The notes: a model not told the origin generated them from the letters alone. Numbered from the stretch's first letter, positions 47,254-57,429 are shown. The stretch is 64,000 bases of DNA from Ktedonobacterales bacterium (GCA_036391835.1 DASVZC010000019.1:919-64918), one strand, 5' to 3'. Made by a program: numbers and translations.

Positions 47254-47790
47254 ATGAACGTGTTGCAACAGGCATTCTATCAACTAACCCTTGGCGCGCC
47301 TGTGCGTGAAAACCACGCGCTCGAACACGCAACCATCGTGCTGCTCAGCAAGCGCTTCCCCGACGTGCGCTTCTCCGGCATTTCGTTCGCGTCCGGCTTC
47401 TTTGTGTTTGGCGATGTTCCAACGGCAGCGGTTCGCCCAGCAGCCGATCAGGCGTTGGCGCGCTTGCGTGGTGGTGAGCCTGAGATGGCGATCCACGAGC
47501 GATGCGGCACAAATCTGGCAGTCACTGGCCTACTCACCGCAGGCGCCGCCATGGCAGTGGCGCGGCTCCGCAAACCCTACGGGAACTTCAACAACGTCCT
47601 GCTGGCGACGACCGCGTCCCTGGTCGCCGCGCGCCCGCTTGGCCTGGTGGTGCAGCGCTACATCACGACGCGCACACCGGCCTCCAACTTCCGTATCGGC
47701 GAGATCAGCCGCACGACCGTATTTGGAGCGCCCGCGCACTTCGTTCGCACTGACCACCCACGAGCGCATGTGCTCTCTCCCGCCTCATAG
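47254..47790 (+). CDS. Conserved hypothetical protein with ENHALEH and HERCGTN motifs
   Basis: 178 aa. CAAGGAG SD. The His/Cys motifs suggest metal binding. Family name not recalled with confidence. Confidence 0.65.
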   Translation: MNVLQQAFYQLTLGAPVRENHALEHATIVLLSKRFPDVRFSGISFASGFFVFGDVPTAAVRPAADQALARLRGGEPEMAIHERCGTNLAVTGLLTAGAAMAVARLRKPYGNFNNVLLATTASLVAARPLGLVVQRYITTRTPASNFRIGEISRTTVFGAPAHFVRTDHPRAHVLSPAS

Positions 47791-48114
47791 AGGCGCGCGG
47801 GAGCGCATTCAGGCGTGCGTGACTAGACGGCGTACGTCTTGCGATAGACTTCTCGATCGCGTGATGCTGGCCTGTTTTCCGTGGGCGTAGGCGGCGCGAG
47901 CCAGGAATCATCTGTTAGCGTATGCTGAGGGGATTCCTAGCGCGCTTGACGCTGCTTCCTCTGCGGTGTTAGGCTCGCAAAGACGCCCCGCTGGGCGCCT
48001 GAGAGGACACGCGGGCGCATTCAGAGCGCAGCCGCAGCATCCGTTATTGCGCGGCGCAGTTGCTAAACGCCACCGGCCTTTCACTGGCCAGGCGGGGGAG
48101 TTGAGACAAGAAGC

Positions 48115-51100
48115 ATGGATGATCGCAATCCACAGTCTCAGTCTCGCCGCGGGTTGTTGTCAGGTCGCTACAACGAGCAGTCTGAGACGGGCAACCTCGA
48201 ACAAGAAGCGCCAACAGGCAGTAACGGCAGTAACGGCAGCAACGGCAGTAACGGCGCCATACCCAATCGCCAGAACTCTACCACGGGTTCCGGCGGACTT
48301 CTCAGCCGCTTCATCCCACCCACTCAGCCTTTGCAAGAAGAAGCGCCGCACGCCAAACCACCTGAGGGGCAAGCCAGCTCTCTGCGCGGCTGGCGCCAAC
48401 TTGCCGGCGGCGCACGTCGTCTGGGCGAAAACCTGCGCCGCCATTCCGCTGGTGAAGCAAAGGCCCAAAACGCGCAAGAAGCCGAGGACTCACGTCGCCC
48501 CGGCGCGCGCGACTGGCGCGCCACCGACTTCAACACGAGCGAAATCGAGCAGTGGGATCGTCACGGCGATTTACCTTTCGACATGCCGCCCGACCCAGAC
48601 AAGCCCAGAGAAGATGAGCATTTCGACCACCGCGAGCGCGCGGATCGCCGTGAGGATCGCCGCAGTGAGCGTCGCGAGCGGGATGGGCGGGATGGGCGGG
48701 ATGGGCAAGGCGGACGCCGCAAGAAGCGCCACACCTACAACTGGGATGATGTTGACCACGAGGACGCCGCCGAATCTGACTGGAACAATGGCTCGTGGGA
48801 TACCGCCTGGGCGACAGGCGAAGAGGAGGTCCCTGAGCCACCACGTCGCAGGCGCAAACGACGCCCTGACCACGAGCAGTGGAATCTCGTCGGTGGCTTA
48901 CGCGACGCGCTCGACGACGAGGCGCTCTCCGAGTCACTCAATACGTTGGCGCAACTGGGCTCCGTAGCGCGTCCACTTTCGCGAGTAGCGCGCATGCAGT
49001 TGCTGATGCGGCGACGACCAGCGGCGGCGGCGATGCTCGCCTTCTTCCTGCTGGGTTTCATGCTCACCTGCTGCGCCCCGCTGATTCCCTTGGCGCGGCT
49101 AGGCTACGACTCCATCGACCTCGCGCGCCATGTCTCGCATCTACAGCAACTCGCGGCGGGCGGCTCGGCGCAACTCATCAATGGAACCAAACTCAGCGAG
49201 GCGCAGTCCGATATCGCCGCCATCAATGGCGACCTGTATGAAATCAACGGAGCCGTCACGGTCGTCGGCGCGCCGATTGGCGCTGTCAGCCACACCGCGC
49301 GCGATTATCAGCTCCTCGTGCGCATCGGCTACGACCTGACGGGCGCGGGGAATGAGAGCATCCAGGTCGCACAGGCGCTGCTCACTCCGCTCGAAGGCGG
49401 CGCGCTTTCGTCGGATACCACGACGCCAGGGATCACCCCAAGCGACATCCAGCAATCGCGCGTATTGCTGGCCGACGCCTATGCCCGCACACTCGACGCC
49501 GTCAACAGCTACAATCAACTCGACCAGAGCGCGCTACCGTCCCAACTCAAACCGGGGACGAAGTACGGCAAATTGCTGGCGATGCTGCCGCTTGCGCAGA
49601 AGGTCTTCGCCGAGCTAAAGAACCTGATTGACGCCGTACCCGCATTGCTTGGCGTTGGCCAGCCTGCCTATTACCTCGCCATCGCGATGGATAGCACAGA
49701 GCTACGCCCGGGCGGTGGCTTCCAGGGCAATTACGGCATGCTGGAACTCGACGGCGGCAAGCAATCCAAGACGCGACCGCTGAGTCTCAAAGATACCTAC
49801 ACGACGCTCGATACGATCTACGCTCAGAAATTTGGCGACCCTGCAGGCACAGCGGGCTGTGACTTCCAGGTGACTGAGCCGCCAAATAGCGCGTGGTGGT
49901 GGCCGGTGCGCTGTGTCGAGCAATTTGGCTGGGGCCTGCGCGATGCCAACCTCTCGCCCGACTTCCCCACCAATGCCCAGGCGGCGATACAGATCGCGCA
50001 AGGGGCAGGGGCTGCGCCAAATGGCGCACCCATTCAGGGAGTCGTCGCCTTCACACCGGGGCTCATCGCCGACATTCTGAAGGCGACTGGCCCGCTGGCA
50101 ATGCCCGACTATAACGTGACCGTCAACGCCGATAACCTGGAGCAGACGATTCACCATCAGCAGTTGCTCGTCCCCGCCGCCGCCGGACAGGATCGCAAAC
50201 AATTCACCAGCGAACTAGCCTCGAAACTTCTCGCGCGCATCAAGTCGCTGCATGGCTCTGGCCTCAAGACGATCTTCACGATCGCAGAGCAGGCTATCCA
50301 GTCCAAAGATTTGCAGGTCTATCTAACAGACCCGCGCGCAGAACTGATTTTGCAGCAGCTAAGCCTTGGCTCATCAATCAACACAGGTGGTGGTGACGGG
50401 TTCTTCGTCGTAGACACCAATGATGGCGGCAATAAGGCCAATCTCTATGTGACCGAGTCACAGACCGACTACGTGACGCTCCTGCCCAACGGTGGCGCAT
50501 TCCATCGCCTGCAAATCTCCGTGACCTACGACAAGAATGGCCGCGACATCTTCAATCCCGGCTCGACATTCGAAGACTACAGCGACATCCAGCGCACCTA
50601 TCTGCCCGCCGACGCATCAATCACCGGATGGTCGGGATTTGTGCCAGATCAGCTCTATCCTAACGACTGCGGGGGGACAGGGCTCTCGTATGCCACCATC
50701 ATCACCGATTGCTCGCCAGCGCATGGCATCTTCGGCGTCACGACGAATAGCGACACGCCTGGCCGCACGATGGTGATGGGGCCACTGCTCGTGATGTGCG
50801 GAGCATCCCGACAAGGTGATTGGACCTCATTGTCCCAGGAGAAATATGATTGTGGCCAGCCACAGGTGGCGCACACCCAGAACATCTTCATCTCCTGGTA
50901 CACGCCGCACGCCTATACCGTCGGCCCCAATGGCCACGGAACCTATACAGAGTTGATCGAGAAGCAGCCAGGTGACCAGCCGCAACTCTCGGTCTATGTC
51001 ACCCGTGGCAATCTCTCTGGCCCTCAGGTCGTGACTGACCTCGGAACCTTTAGCAGTCTCATCGCCAACGCGCAGAAGGTCTTTGGGGGGCCACTCTCGA

Positions 51101-51129
51101 AAAATGAACTCGTGTCCTACTCGTTCTAG
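48115..51129 (+). CDS. DUF4012-domain protein with a long charged, repeat-containing N-terminal region and one TM
   Basis: 1004 aa. About 290 aa of low complexity, a TM (AAAAMLAFFLLGFMLTCCAPLI), then a DUF4012-like core (YYLAIAMDSTELRPGGGFQGNYGMLELDGGK). Confidence 0.8.
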   Translation: MDDRNPQSQSRRGLLSGRYNEQSETGNLEQEAPTGSNGSNGSNGSNGAIPNRQNSTTGSGGLLSRFIPPTQPLQEEAPHAKPPEGQASSLRGWRQLAGGARRLGENLRRHSAGEAKAQNAQEAEDSRRPGARDWRATDFNTSEIEQWDRHGDLPFDMPPDPDKPREDEHFDHRERADRREDRRSERRERDGRDGRDGQGGRRKKRHTYNWDDVDHEDAAESDWNNGSWDTAWATGEEEVPEPPRRRRKRRPDHEQWNLVGGLRDALDDEALSESLNTLAQLGSVARPLSRVARMQLLMRRRPAAAAMLAFFLLGFMLTCCAPLIPLARLGYDSIDLARHVSHLQQLAAGGSAQLINGTKLSEAQSDIAAINGDLYEINGAVTVVGAPIGAVSHTARDYQLLVRIGYDLTGAGNESIQVAQALLTPLEGGALSSDTTTPGITPSDIQQSRVLLADAYARTLDAVNSYNQLDQSALPSQLKPGTKYGKLLAMLPLAQKVFAELKNLIDAVPALLGVGQPAYYLAIAMDSTELRPGGGFQGNYGMLELDGGKQSKTRPLSLKDTYTTLDTIYAQKFGDPAGTAGCDFQVTEPPNSAWWWPVRCVEQFGWGLRDANLSPDFPTNAQAAIQIAQGAGAAPNGAPIQGVVAFTPGLIADILKATGPLAMPDYNVTVNADNLEQTIHHQQLLVPAAAGQDRKQFTSELASKLLARIKSLHGSGLKTIFTIAEQAIQSKDLQVYLTDPRAELILQQLSLGSSINTGGGDGFFVVDTNDGGNKANLYVTESQTDYVTLLPNGGAFHRLQISVTYDKNGRDIFNPGSTFEDYSDIQRTYLPADASITGWSGFVPDQLYPNDCGGTGLSYATIITDCSPAHGIFGVTTNSDTPGRTMVMGPLLVMCGASRQGDWTSLSQEKYDCGQPQVAHTQNIFISWYTPHAYTVGPNGHGTYTELIEKQPGDQPQLSVYVTRGNLSGPQVVTDLGTFSSLIANAQKVFGGPLSKNELVSYSF
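48217..48252 (+). repeat. In-frame 9-bp tandem repeat x4 (GSN)n
   Basis: ggcagtaac ggcagtaac ggcagcaac ggcagtaac, encoding GSNGSNGSNGSN inside the DUF4012 gene. Confidence 0.9.
48679..48705 (+). repeat. In-frame 9-bp tandem repeat x3 (RDG)n
   Basis: cgggatggg x3, perfect copies, encoding RDGRDGRDG. Confidence 0.9.
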
Positions 51130-51153
51130 CGGCGCATCTGGACGCTCTAAGCC

Positions 51154-52062
51154 ATGAACGATGACGAGACAGCACAGCGCGACGCGATTGCGCAGGCGCG
51201 CACGCTTGGCTCGGCGCTCACACTGGCCGACGCCTGGCTGCGCGCCGCTGACGCCACCGAGACACCTCGACTCGACGCGCAGGTGCTCCTCAGCCACGTC
51301 ACCGGAGCCAGCCGCGCCACGCTGATGGCCTACCCTGAACGGCCACTGTCAGCGGAAGCTGCCGCGACATATGCTGACCTCATCGCGCGGCGGGCTGCGG
51401 ATGAACCAGTGGCTTATCTGGTCGGGCATCGCGAGTTTCTTGGACTCGATCTGCTGACCGATGCGCGTGCGCTGATTCCACGCCCAGAGACGGAACTGCT
51501 GGTAGAGGCAGCGCTACGCGATATTGGCGAGCGGCTCAGCGCACGGACAACTCCGCCCCTCGTCGCCGACATTGGCGTCGGCAGCGGCGCAATCCCCATT
51601 GCGATTGCTGTGCGCGAGCCACGCCTGCCGCTGGTCTACGCTACCGACATCTCGCCCGACGCGCTGGCGCTCGCGAAGGAAAATGCGCAGCGCCTCGCCG
51701 TAGACGCGCGCATCATGTTCTTGCAGGGCGATCTGCTGGAGCTGCTGCCGGAGCCAGTGGATGTGCTGACCGCAAACCTCCCCTATGTTGCGGCCAACGA
51801 CCCAGATGTGGGGGAGTCGGTTCGCTATGAGCCCGCGCTCGCGGTCTATGGCGCCGATGACGGGCTCGGCCACATTCGGCGGCTCCTTGCGCAGGCGCCG
51901 GCACGGCTGCGCCCAGGCGCCTCGATCTACCTCGAATATGGATATGATCAGCGCGCCGCCGTCGAAGCGCTCGCGCGGGCGAACTTCCCAGACGCCACCT
52001 TGCATCCAGGAGTAGACTACGCGGGGTGGGACCGTTTCATCGAAATTCGCTTGCGCGGATGA
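51154..52062 (+). CDS. prmC: Release-factor glutamine N5-methyltransferase (HemK/PrmC)
   Basis: SAM motif DIGVGSGAI and catalytic NLPYV (NPPY-type). Also PRPETE. Confidence 0.9.
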   Translation: MNDDETAQRDAIAQARTLGSALTLADAWLRAADATETPRLDAQVLLSHVTGASRATLMAYPERPLSAEAAATYADLIARRAADEPVAYLVGHREFLGLDLLTDARALIPRPETELLVEAALRDIGERLSARTTPPLVADIGVGSGAIPIAIAVREPRLPLVYATDISPDALALAKENAQRLAVDARIMFLQGDLLELLPEPVDVLTANLPYVAANDPDVGESVRYEPALAVYGADDGLGHIRRLLAQAPARLRPGASIYLEYGYDQRAAVEALARANFPDATLHPGVDYAGWDRFIEIRLRG

Positions 52063-52263
52063 CGTTCACCGTCATACGCTAGCGGAGGCTGCGAAGCCAG
52101 CGCACGGCGCCGCACCCGCGAGACGCATGGGGACACGGCGCCCCGTGGACGATTCGTCAGGATATGCCCAGAATACAATCAGGAACACTGTTGGGATGGA
52201 CGCCAGTTCGCGCTACGTCGTATGGGAGCGGCGCGATCACCCTGAGGAGACAATAGGGAAGCT

Positions 52264-53637
52264 ATGGCATCATCGAGTGGAGCGGCGCCAACAGCGCACG
52301 AGTCAACACCCTCGAATCCGCTAGCGCCTCGCCGCACGCCTTTCGGCATCCGCCGGGCGCGTGGGGTGTTCTGGCTCCTGTTCGCCATCAACGCGCTCAA
52401 CTATCTCGACCGGTTGATCGCCGTCGCGGTTAGCCCGACACTCAAAACGCAATTTCACCTGAACGACAGTGATATTGGCCTACTCGGAAGCGCGTTCCTG
52501 TTGGTCTACACGCTCACAGCGCTGCCCGCGGGTGCGCTGGCCGACCGACTCGGCGCACGCGCGAAGGTCATCGCGGTCGGCGTGACGATTTGGAGCATCT
52601 TTAGCGGGCTAACAGCGTTCGTACGCGGCTTTCGCGGGCTATTCGTGACACGCGCGCTGGTCGGTGTGGGCGAGGCGAGCTATAGTCCGGCGGGCGTGGC
52701 TCTGCTGGTCAACTACTTCCCACCACATCGGCGCGCTGGCATCATCGGACGCTGGCAGGCGGCGCAGGTGGTCGGCTCACTGCTCGCGTTCATCATCGCG
52801 GGCCTGCTCTATCTCTGGTTGCCCGCACATACCGCGTGGCGCGTCGCCTTCGTGCTGAGCGCCCTTCCAGGGCTGGCGCTGGCGGCATTGGCATGGCGTG
52901 TCGCCGACCATCCAGAAGGTCACCCACTGGCCAGGCCTCCTCTCCCCGAGGAGCAGACGCAGCCACGCGCATCGTTCTCCGAGGAGGCGCGAACGCTCTG
53001 GCGCCAGACTACACAGACGCTCAGCATACCGATGATCTGGATCGTCGTCGCACTGCAGGCAGTGATCTACATCGTCATCACGCCGTCGGTGACGTTTCTG
53101 CCCATCTATGTCCGCTCCGAGAATGGCCCGTTTCATCTGAACGCCGCGCACGCCTCATTCGCGCTAGGACTGACACTGATCGTCGGTGGGGTGCTGGGCA
53201 CGATTCTGGGCGGCGCGCTCTCCGACTGGCTCAATCGCAGGCTGCCGGGCGGCCGGGTGCTGGCGATGACGATTGGCTTCGCGGTGGCGATTCCCTGCTA
53301 CGTCGCGATGCTGCTCTCCCATTCGCTGACCCTCTTCCTCGTGACGGGTACAGCGACGACCCTCGCGCTGAATCTACCGGGCGCGGCGCTGACCGCTACT
53401 CCGCAAGATGTCGCGCCGCCACGTCTGCGCGCGACTGCCATCGCCGTAACGATGCTCCTCTCGCATCTGCTCGGCGACATCTGGGCATCGTGGGCAGTGG
53501 GCGCGCTCGCCATCCGACTCCATGACCAACTCGCGCAGGCGTTGCTCACCATCGGCATACCCGCGCTGATCTTTGGCGCGATTGTCAGTCTCCTTGGCGC
53601 GAAGGTCTACGCGCGCCGCCATGCGACACTGACGTAG
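52264..53637 (+). CDS. MFS transporter
   Basis: 457 aa, 12 TM. Motifs LNYLDRLIAV and GALADRLGAR are typical of MFS_1. Confidence 0.85.
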   Translation: MASSSGAAPTAHESTPSNPLAPRRTPFGIRRARGVFWLLFAINALNYLDRLIAVAVSPTLKTQFHLNDSDIGLLGSAFLLVYTLTALPAGALADRLGARAKVIAVGVTIWSIFSGLTAFVRGFRGLFVTRALVGVGEASYSPAGVALLVNYFPPHRRAGIIGRWQAAQVVGSLLAFIIAGLLYLWLPAHTAWRVAFVLSALPGLALAALAWRVADHPEGHPLARPPLPEEQTQPRASFSEEARTLWRQTTQTLSIPMIWIVVALQAVIYIVITPSVTFLPIYVRSENGPFHLNAAHASFALGLTLIVGGVLGTILGGALSDWLNRRLPGGRVLAMTIGFAVAIPCYVAMLLSHSLTLFLVTGTATTLALNLPGAALTATPQDVAPPRLRATAIAVTMLLSHLLGDIWASWAVGALAIRLHDQLAQALLTIGIPALIFGAIVSLLGAKVYARRHATLT

Positions 53638-53779
53638 CAGCGACGCGTTGCGCGGCCCGCGCAAGCGATGCTAGACTACATTGTTGGCGCCCCACGCGAG
53701 CAGCGGATACAGACAAGCGATGAACCCGCTGGAAGATCGCCGCACAGGCGCCACGACACTGGGAGATTTGAGGCCAGCC

Positions 53780-54343
53780 ATGGGCGATGAATTTTACGAT
53801 TTCGGACACGCCGAGGTATTTGACGCGGAGTCGATCGGCGAACCGGGCGCGCGGCGCTTTCGCATCTTCGTGCGCAGCCGTCGCGGCGCGGCGAGCCTGT
53901 GGCTGGAGCGCGACCAACTCGAAACGCTAGGCGCACTCATCGAAAAGGTCCTCGCGCAGAGTACGGGCGTCATGACCTTGCGCGCGGAGGCGCAGGCTAC
54001 ACCGACACCACCACCTGGCCCACCAGATGACTTCCCGCCTGAGCCAGATGTCGAGTTCCTGGTCGGGCCGATGCAACTTGGCTACGACGACGACGCCGAA
54101 GAACTCCTGCTGCGCGCGACACCAATCGAGCTAGAAGAACGCGATGGCGAACTCATCGCATCAGAAGGTGATGAGCCACGATTCGCGGTGTTCTTCACCC
54201 GTCAGCAGGCGCAACACCTCTGCGCCAGCATCAACAGCCTCATGCTCATGGGGCGTCCGCGTTGCCCCTTCTGCAATAGGCCCATGGGACCCGGCCACGT
54301 CTGCGCCAAGCAGAACGGCTATCATCCTGTCGGGCTGAACTGA
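53780..54343 (+). CDS. DUF3090 family protein
   Basis: Start MGDEFYDFGHAEVFDAESIGEPGARRFRI and C-terminal CPFCNRPMGPGHVCAKQNGYH match my recollection of DUF3090. GAGG 6 nt upstream. Confidence 0.75.
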   Translation: MGDEFYDFGHAEVFDAESIGEPGARRFRIFVRSRRGAASLWLERDQLETLGALIEKVLAQSTGVMTLRAEAQATPTPPPGPPDDFPPEPDVEFLVGPMQLGYDDDAEELLLRATPIELEERDGELIASEGDEPRFAVFFTRQQAQHLCASINSLMLMGRPRCPFCNRPMGPGHVCAKQNGYHPVGLN

Positions 54344-54543
54344 CTTAGACGTATCACAGCTCTATCCCAATTCGCGTAGAACGGCCCATTTTGCGCAGAT
54401 AAGGGCCGTTTCTGCGCAAAACGCCACTACCCCAACGTCTTGCTGAAACGTATAACAGTCATACCAGGCGTGTTATTATCTTCCACAAACGCTTGCTTTT
54501 TTTGGCGCCGCGTTGGAGCGTGGCTGTTGGGAGGAGGCGCCGT

Positions 54544-56139
54544 ATGGCCAGGGGATTGTACCGGGTCTATCTCTACGTCGTGACCATCGCGTTGTGCATC
54601 TTTGCGACTGTCGGCATTGCATTGGCCCTCGGAGCGATCCTGGCGACGACGCCATTGCGCGGAACCTACTATGGCGCCAATGGGGCATCGGAGGTTACAC
54701 AGCAGATCATCTTCGCGGTGGTCGCCGTCCTCATCGCGGCGCTGATCGGTGGTCTGCACTACTGGCTGATTCGCCGCGACATGGCGAGTGATCCACAGCC
54801 GGGCGCGAGTGGTGTGCGTTCTCTGCTGCTGAATCTAGCGGTCGGCGGCGCAACGCTGTTCGCGGTCGGGATGGGCGCTTCGGCGCTACAGTCGTACAGC
54901 TTCAACAACCAGAATGACGTCGCCACGCCGCTCGCAGCCTCGATCGCAACGCTTGGCTTGGCGCTGCTGCTCGAATGGGAGCGGCGCCGCGCTACCCCCT
55001 CACACGGCGCGGCGCTCATCTTTCAGCGACTGCGCATCGATGGCGTCGGGCTCATCCTCGGCATCATGCTGGCATCGTTTGTCATCCCGGCGGGGATGCA
55101 ATCTGAGACAGCCATTGCGCAGGCAACCAGCGGGCAGGCGTGCACAAACTTCGTCGGCGGCCCCTATACACCCTACAGTGGGCCGGAGATTGCCCAGTGC
55201 GCGGGTCCTTTCATCCTCGGTCACTGGCTGGCCGTCGCGCTGATCCTGATTGTTTGGCTGGCCTACCTGCGACCGGGCGCATTCGACCAGAAGTCGACCA
55301 TTCGCGCGGTTATCCTGCTGATCGGATTCGCCGTTGGCGTGGGCGTGGCGCTCAATGGCCTCGTCCAAGCCTTCGGGTATATCTTGCGGCTGCTCTTCCG
55401 CAGCGCGGGAACGTCGGCGCCTGACTATCTCAATGCCTTCAATTTCGCGCCATTCCTGGTGTATGGAGCGATCGCCATTGGCGTCTACCTCTGGCTGCTG
55501 CGTCAACCTCGCGAGCAGGAGGCGCTCGGACCTGACGCCACTCGCCTCTCGCTGCGTGCGGTCGCGGGAGCGCTCTTCGCGGTACCATTCTGGGTGGGCG
55601 CGTTCATGCTCGTCGAGAACGTGCTGCTCAGCATCCTGCCCAATCCCACGCTGAAGGCAACATATTGGTATGACGCAAGCGCCGCTTCCATCGCTGGTAT
55701 TCCCTATATCCTGCTCGCGCTCTGGCTCGCCGCCGGAACACGGGAGACGGGTGTCAAGGGGCCGCGACGCGCTTTCGACCTGGCATTGCTGGCGGCTGGC
55801 GCACTCGCGACAGCAGGAGGGTTGGCGACACTCATCTACGCGGTGCTGACCTCCGCGCTGGGCGTGCCGCTTCCCAATTGGCAAGACGTCGCGCGAGTCG
55901 CGGGCTCCATCCTGATCGCCGGATTGGCGCTCGGCGGGCTGTATCTGTGGATCTCGCTGCGCGAGGGACAATTCGTCGGAACTCCCAAGCCGCAAGCCGC
56001 TCCCGCCACGACAGGCGAGCCTCAGCCTGCCAATGCCTTGCTGAGTGGTGTTCTCGCGAAGCTGGCGGGCGGCTCTATCTCGCAAGACGAGGCGTCACGT
56101 GAAATCCTCGACCTGGCGCGTCGAGGCTCACTGACCTAG
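54544..56139 (+). CDS. Polytopic hypothetical membrane protein
   Basis: ATG at 54544 with a GGGAGGAGG SD. About 12 hydrophobic segments and a soluble C-terminal tail. No family assigned. Confidence 0.65.
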   Translation: MARGLYRVYLYVVTIALCIFATVGIALALGAILATTPLRGTYYGANGASEVTQQIIFAVVAVLIAALIGGLHYWLIRRDMASDPQPGASGVRSLLLNLAVGGATLFAVGMGASALQSYSFNNQNDVATPLAASIATLGLALLLEWERRRATPSHGAALIFQRLRIDGVGLILGIMLASFVIPAGMQSETAIAQATSGQACTNFVGGPYTPYSGPEIAQCAGPFILGHWLAVALILIVWLAYLRPGAFDQKSTIRAVILLIGFAVGVGVALNGLVQAFGYILRLLFRSAGTSAPDYLNAFNFAPFLVYGAIAIGVYLWLLRQPREQEALGPDATRLSLRAVAGALFAVPFWVGAFMLVENVLLSILPNPTLKATYWYDASAASIAGIPYILLALWLAAGTRETGVKGPRRAFDLALLAAGALATAGGLATLIYAVLTSALGVPLPNWQDVARVAGSILIAGLALGGLYLWISLREGQFVGTPKPQAAPATTGEPQPANALLSGVLAKLAGGSISQDEASREILDLARRGSLT

Positions 56140-57429
56140 CGCGGGCGCTGGTCGCCACAGGCGCGCAGCCAGCGCCACCATCACCGCGACCAGCGCCAGA
56201 CAGGTCATCACATTCCATGCGACGGCTTCCGGTGAAACGTTGGAGGCCGTCGCAAACTGTTGGGTCAACGCGAATTGCCGCGCCTGGCCCAGCAGCGTGA
56301 TCCCCAGTGGGAGCACTCCCCACAGCCACCAGCGCATCTGCTCCCGCCGACCCTCCGCCAGTGCGCCGATGCCCGCGAGCCACCACACAGCGCCAAAGGT
56401 GAACGCCTCCAGGAAATAGTAGGGCCAGAGGATGTTGATGAAGGCGGGATGGCACAGACTGCACAGCGCCAGCAGCGCATAGACATCGCGCGATGTCGCG
56501 CGCAGATCGGGCCGGGCGCGCAGCACAAGCGCCGCCACCGTGAACGTCGCCAGCAACACGATCAGACCATCGCCACGCTGCGCCACCTCCGTCAAGAGCG
56601 GACCGCCAAGTAACGTCCACAGGTTGCCGCCATAGACCCCGCGTGAGTTGTGGAACGTGACGAGCGAATACAGCAGGTCAGGGCCATCGGCCAACGCGAA
56701 GGGGAGCAGTCCGGCGAGCACGACAGCGCCAAGCGCGCCAGCGAAACGCCGCAATCCGCGCCAGTCGCGCTGAGTCAGGAGCAGCAGCGCGAGGGGGATG
56801 ATGATCGTCAGGGCGGTCGTGCGTGTGAGCAGCGCCAGGCCAAGCGCCACACCTGCGCGGCCACGCTTCCCCTCGCCCAGCAGACGCGCGCCTGCCAGCG
56901 CAAGCCACAGCATCAGCGGCTGCTCCACATGCCCGTAGTAGAGCACGCTTTGCCACAACGGGAGTGAGATCAAGAAGACTTCATAGACCAGCAAACGGCG
57001 TGCGCCGCGCAACGGCGCCGGGGCCAGCCGGTCAACCGCCCGCACAGCCTCATGCGCCAACAGCAGCGAAAAGACGCTCGAAAACGCGAATACCACGAAG
57101 CGGTTGAGCGCCACGCTCCGCAGCCAACCCAGCCCGGCGGCCACCGCCAGCGCCACGACGAGCGGCGCAATACTGAGGGGGCCATTCGCCAGCGGATAGC
57201 CGTGCTGGTGGCTGACGCTATAGATGAACAGCGGGCGCCCGTGTAGCGCGACGAACGCCGCCGGCAGAAAGAACGTATCGAGGTCGCTCGGATGTGGCTG
57301 CACAAGGCTCAGCGCGCTCCAGCCTACGACGTAGACGAGAGCCAACGCGACCGCTACCGCTCGCATCCGACGCGTTGGGCGAGGTTTGGATGCCTCTATC
57401 GCGGACGACGGCACATGGGGCGTCTGCAT
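56128..57429 (-). CDS. DUF2029/GT87-like (GT-C fold) membrane glycosyltransferase candidate
   Basis: 433 aa, polytopic, with an early DLDTFF loop motif. The 3' end overlaps the convergent gene by 12 nt. Confidence 0.65.
   Translation of the reverse strand: MQTPHVPSSAIEASKPRPTRRMRAVAVALALVYVVGWSALSLVQPHPSDLDTFFLPAAFVALHGRPLFIYSVSHQHGYPLANGPLSIAPLVVALAVAAGLGWLRSVALNRFVVFAFSSVFSLLLAHEAVRAVDRLAPAPLRGARRLLVYEVFLISLPLWQSVLYYGHVEQPLMLWLALAGARLLGEGKRGRAGVALGLALLTRTTALTIIIPLALLLLTQRDWRGLRRFAGALGAVVLAGLLPFALADGPDLLYSLVTFHNSRGVYGGNLWTLLGGPLLTEVAQRGDGLIVLLATFTVAALVLRARPDLRATSRDVYALLALCSLCHPAFINILWPYYFLEAFTFGAVWWLAGIGALAEGRREQMRWWLWGVLPLGITLLGQARQFALTQQFATASNVSPEAVAWNVMTCLALVAVMVALAARLWRPAPALGQ

Noticed and set aside
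48217-48705. Short tandem repeats considered as a CRISPR or satellite array.
   Set aside because: The units are 9 bp, contiguous, without spacers, in frame and inside a long ORF. They are coding low-complexity repeats.
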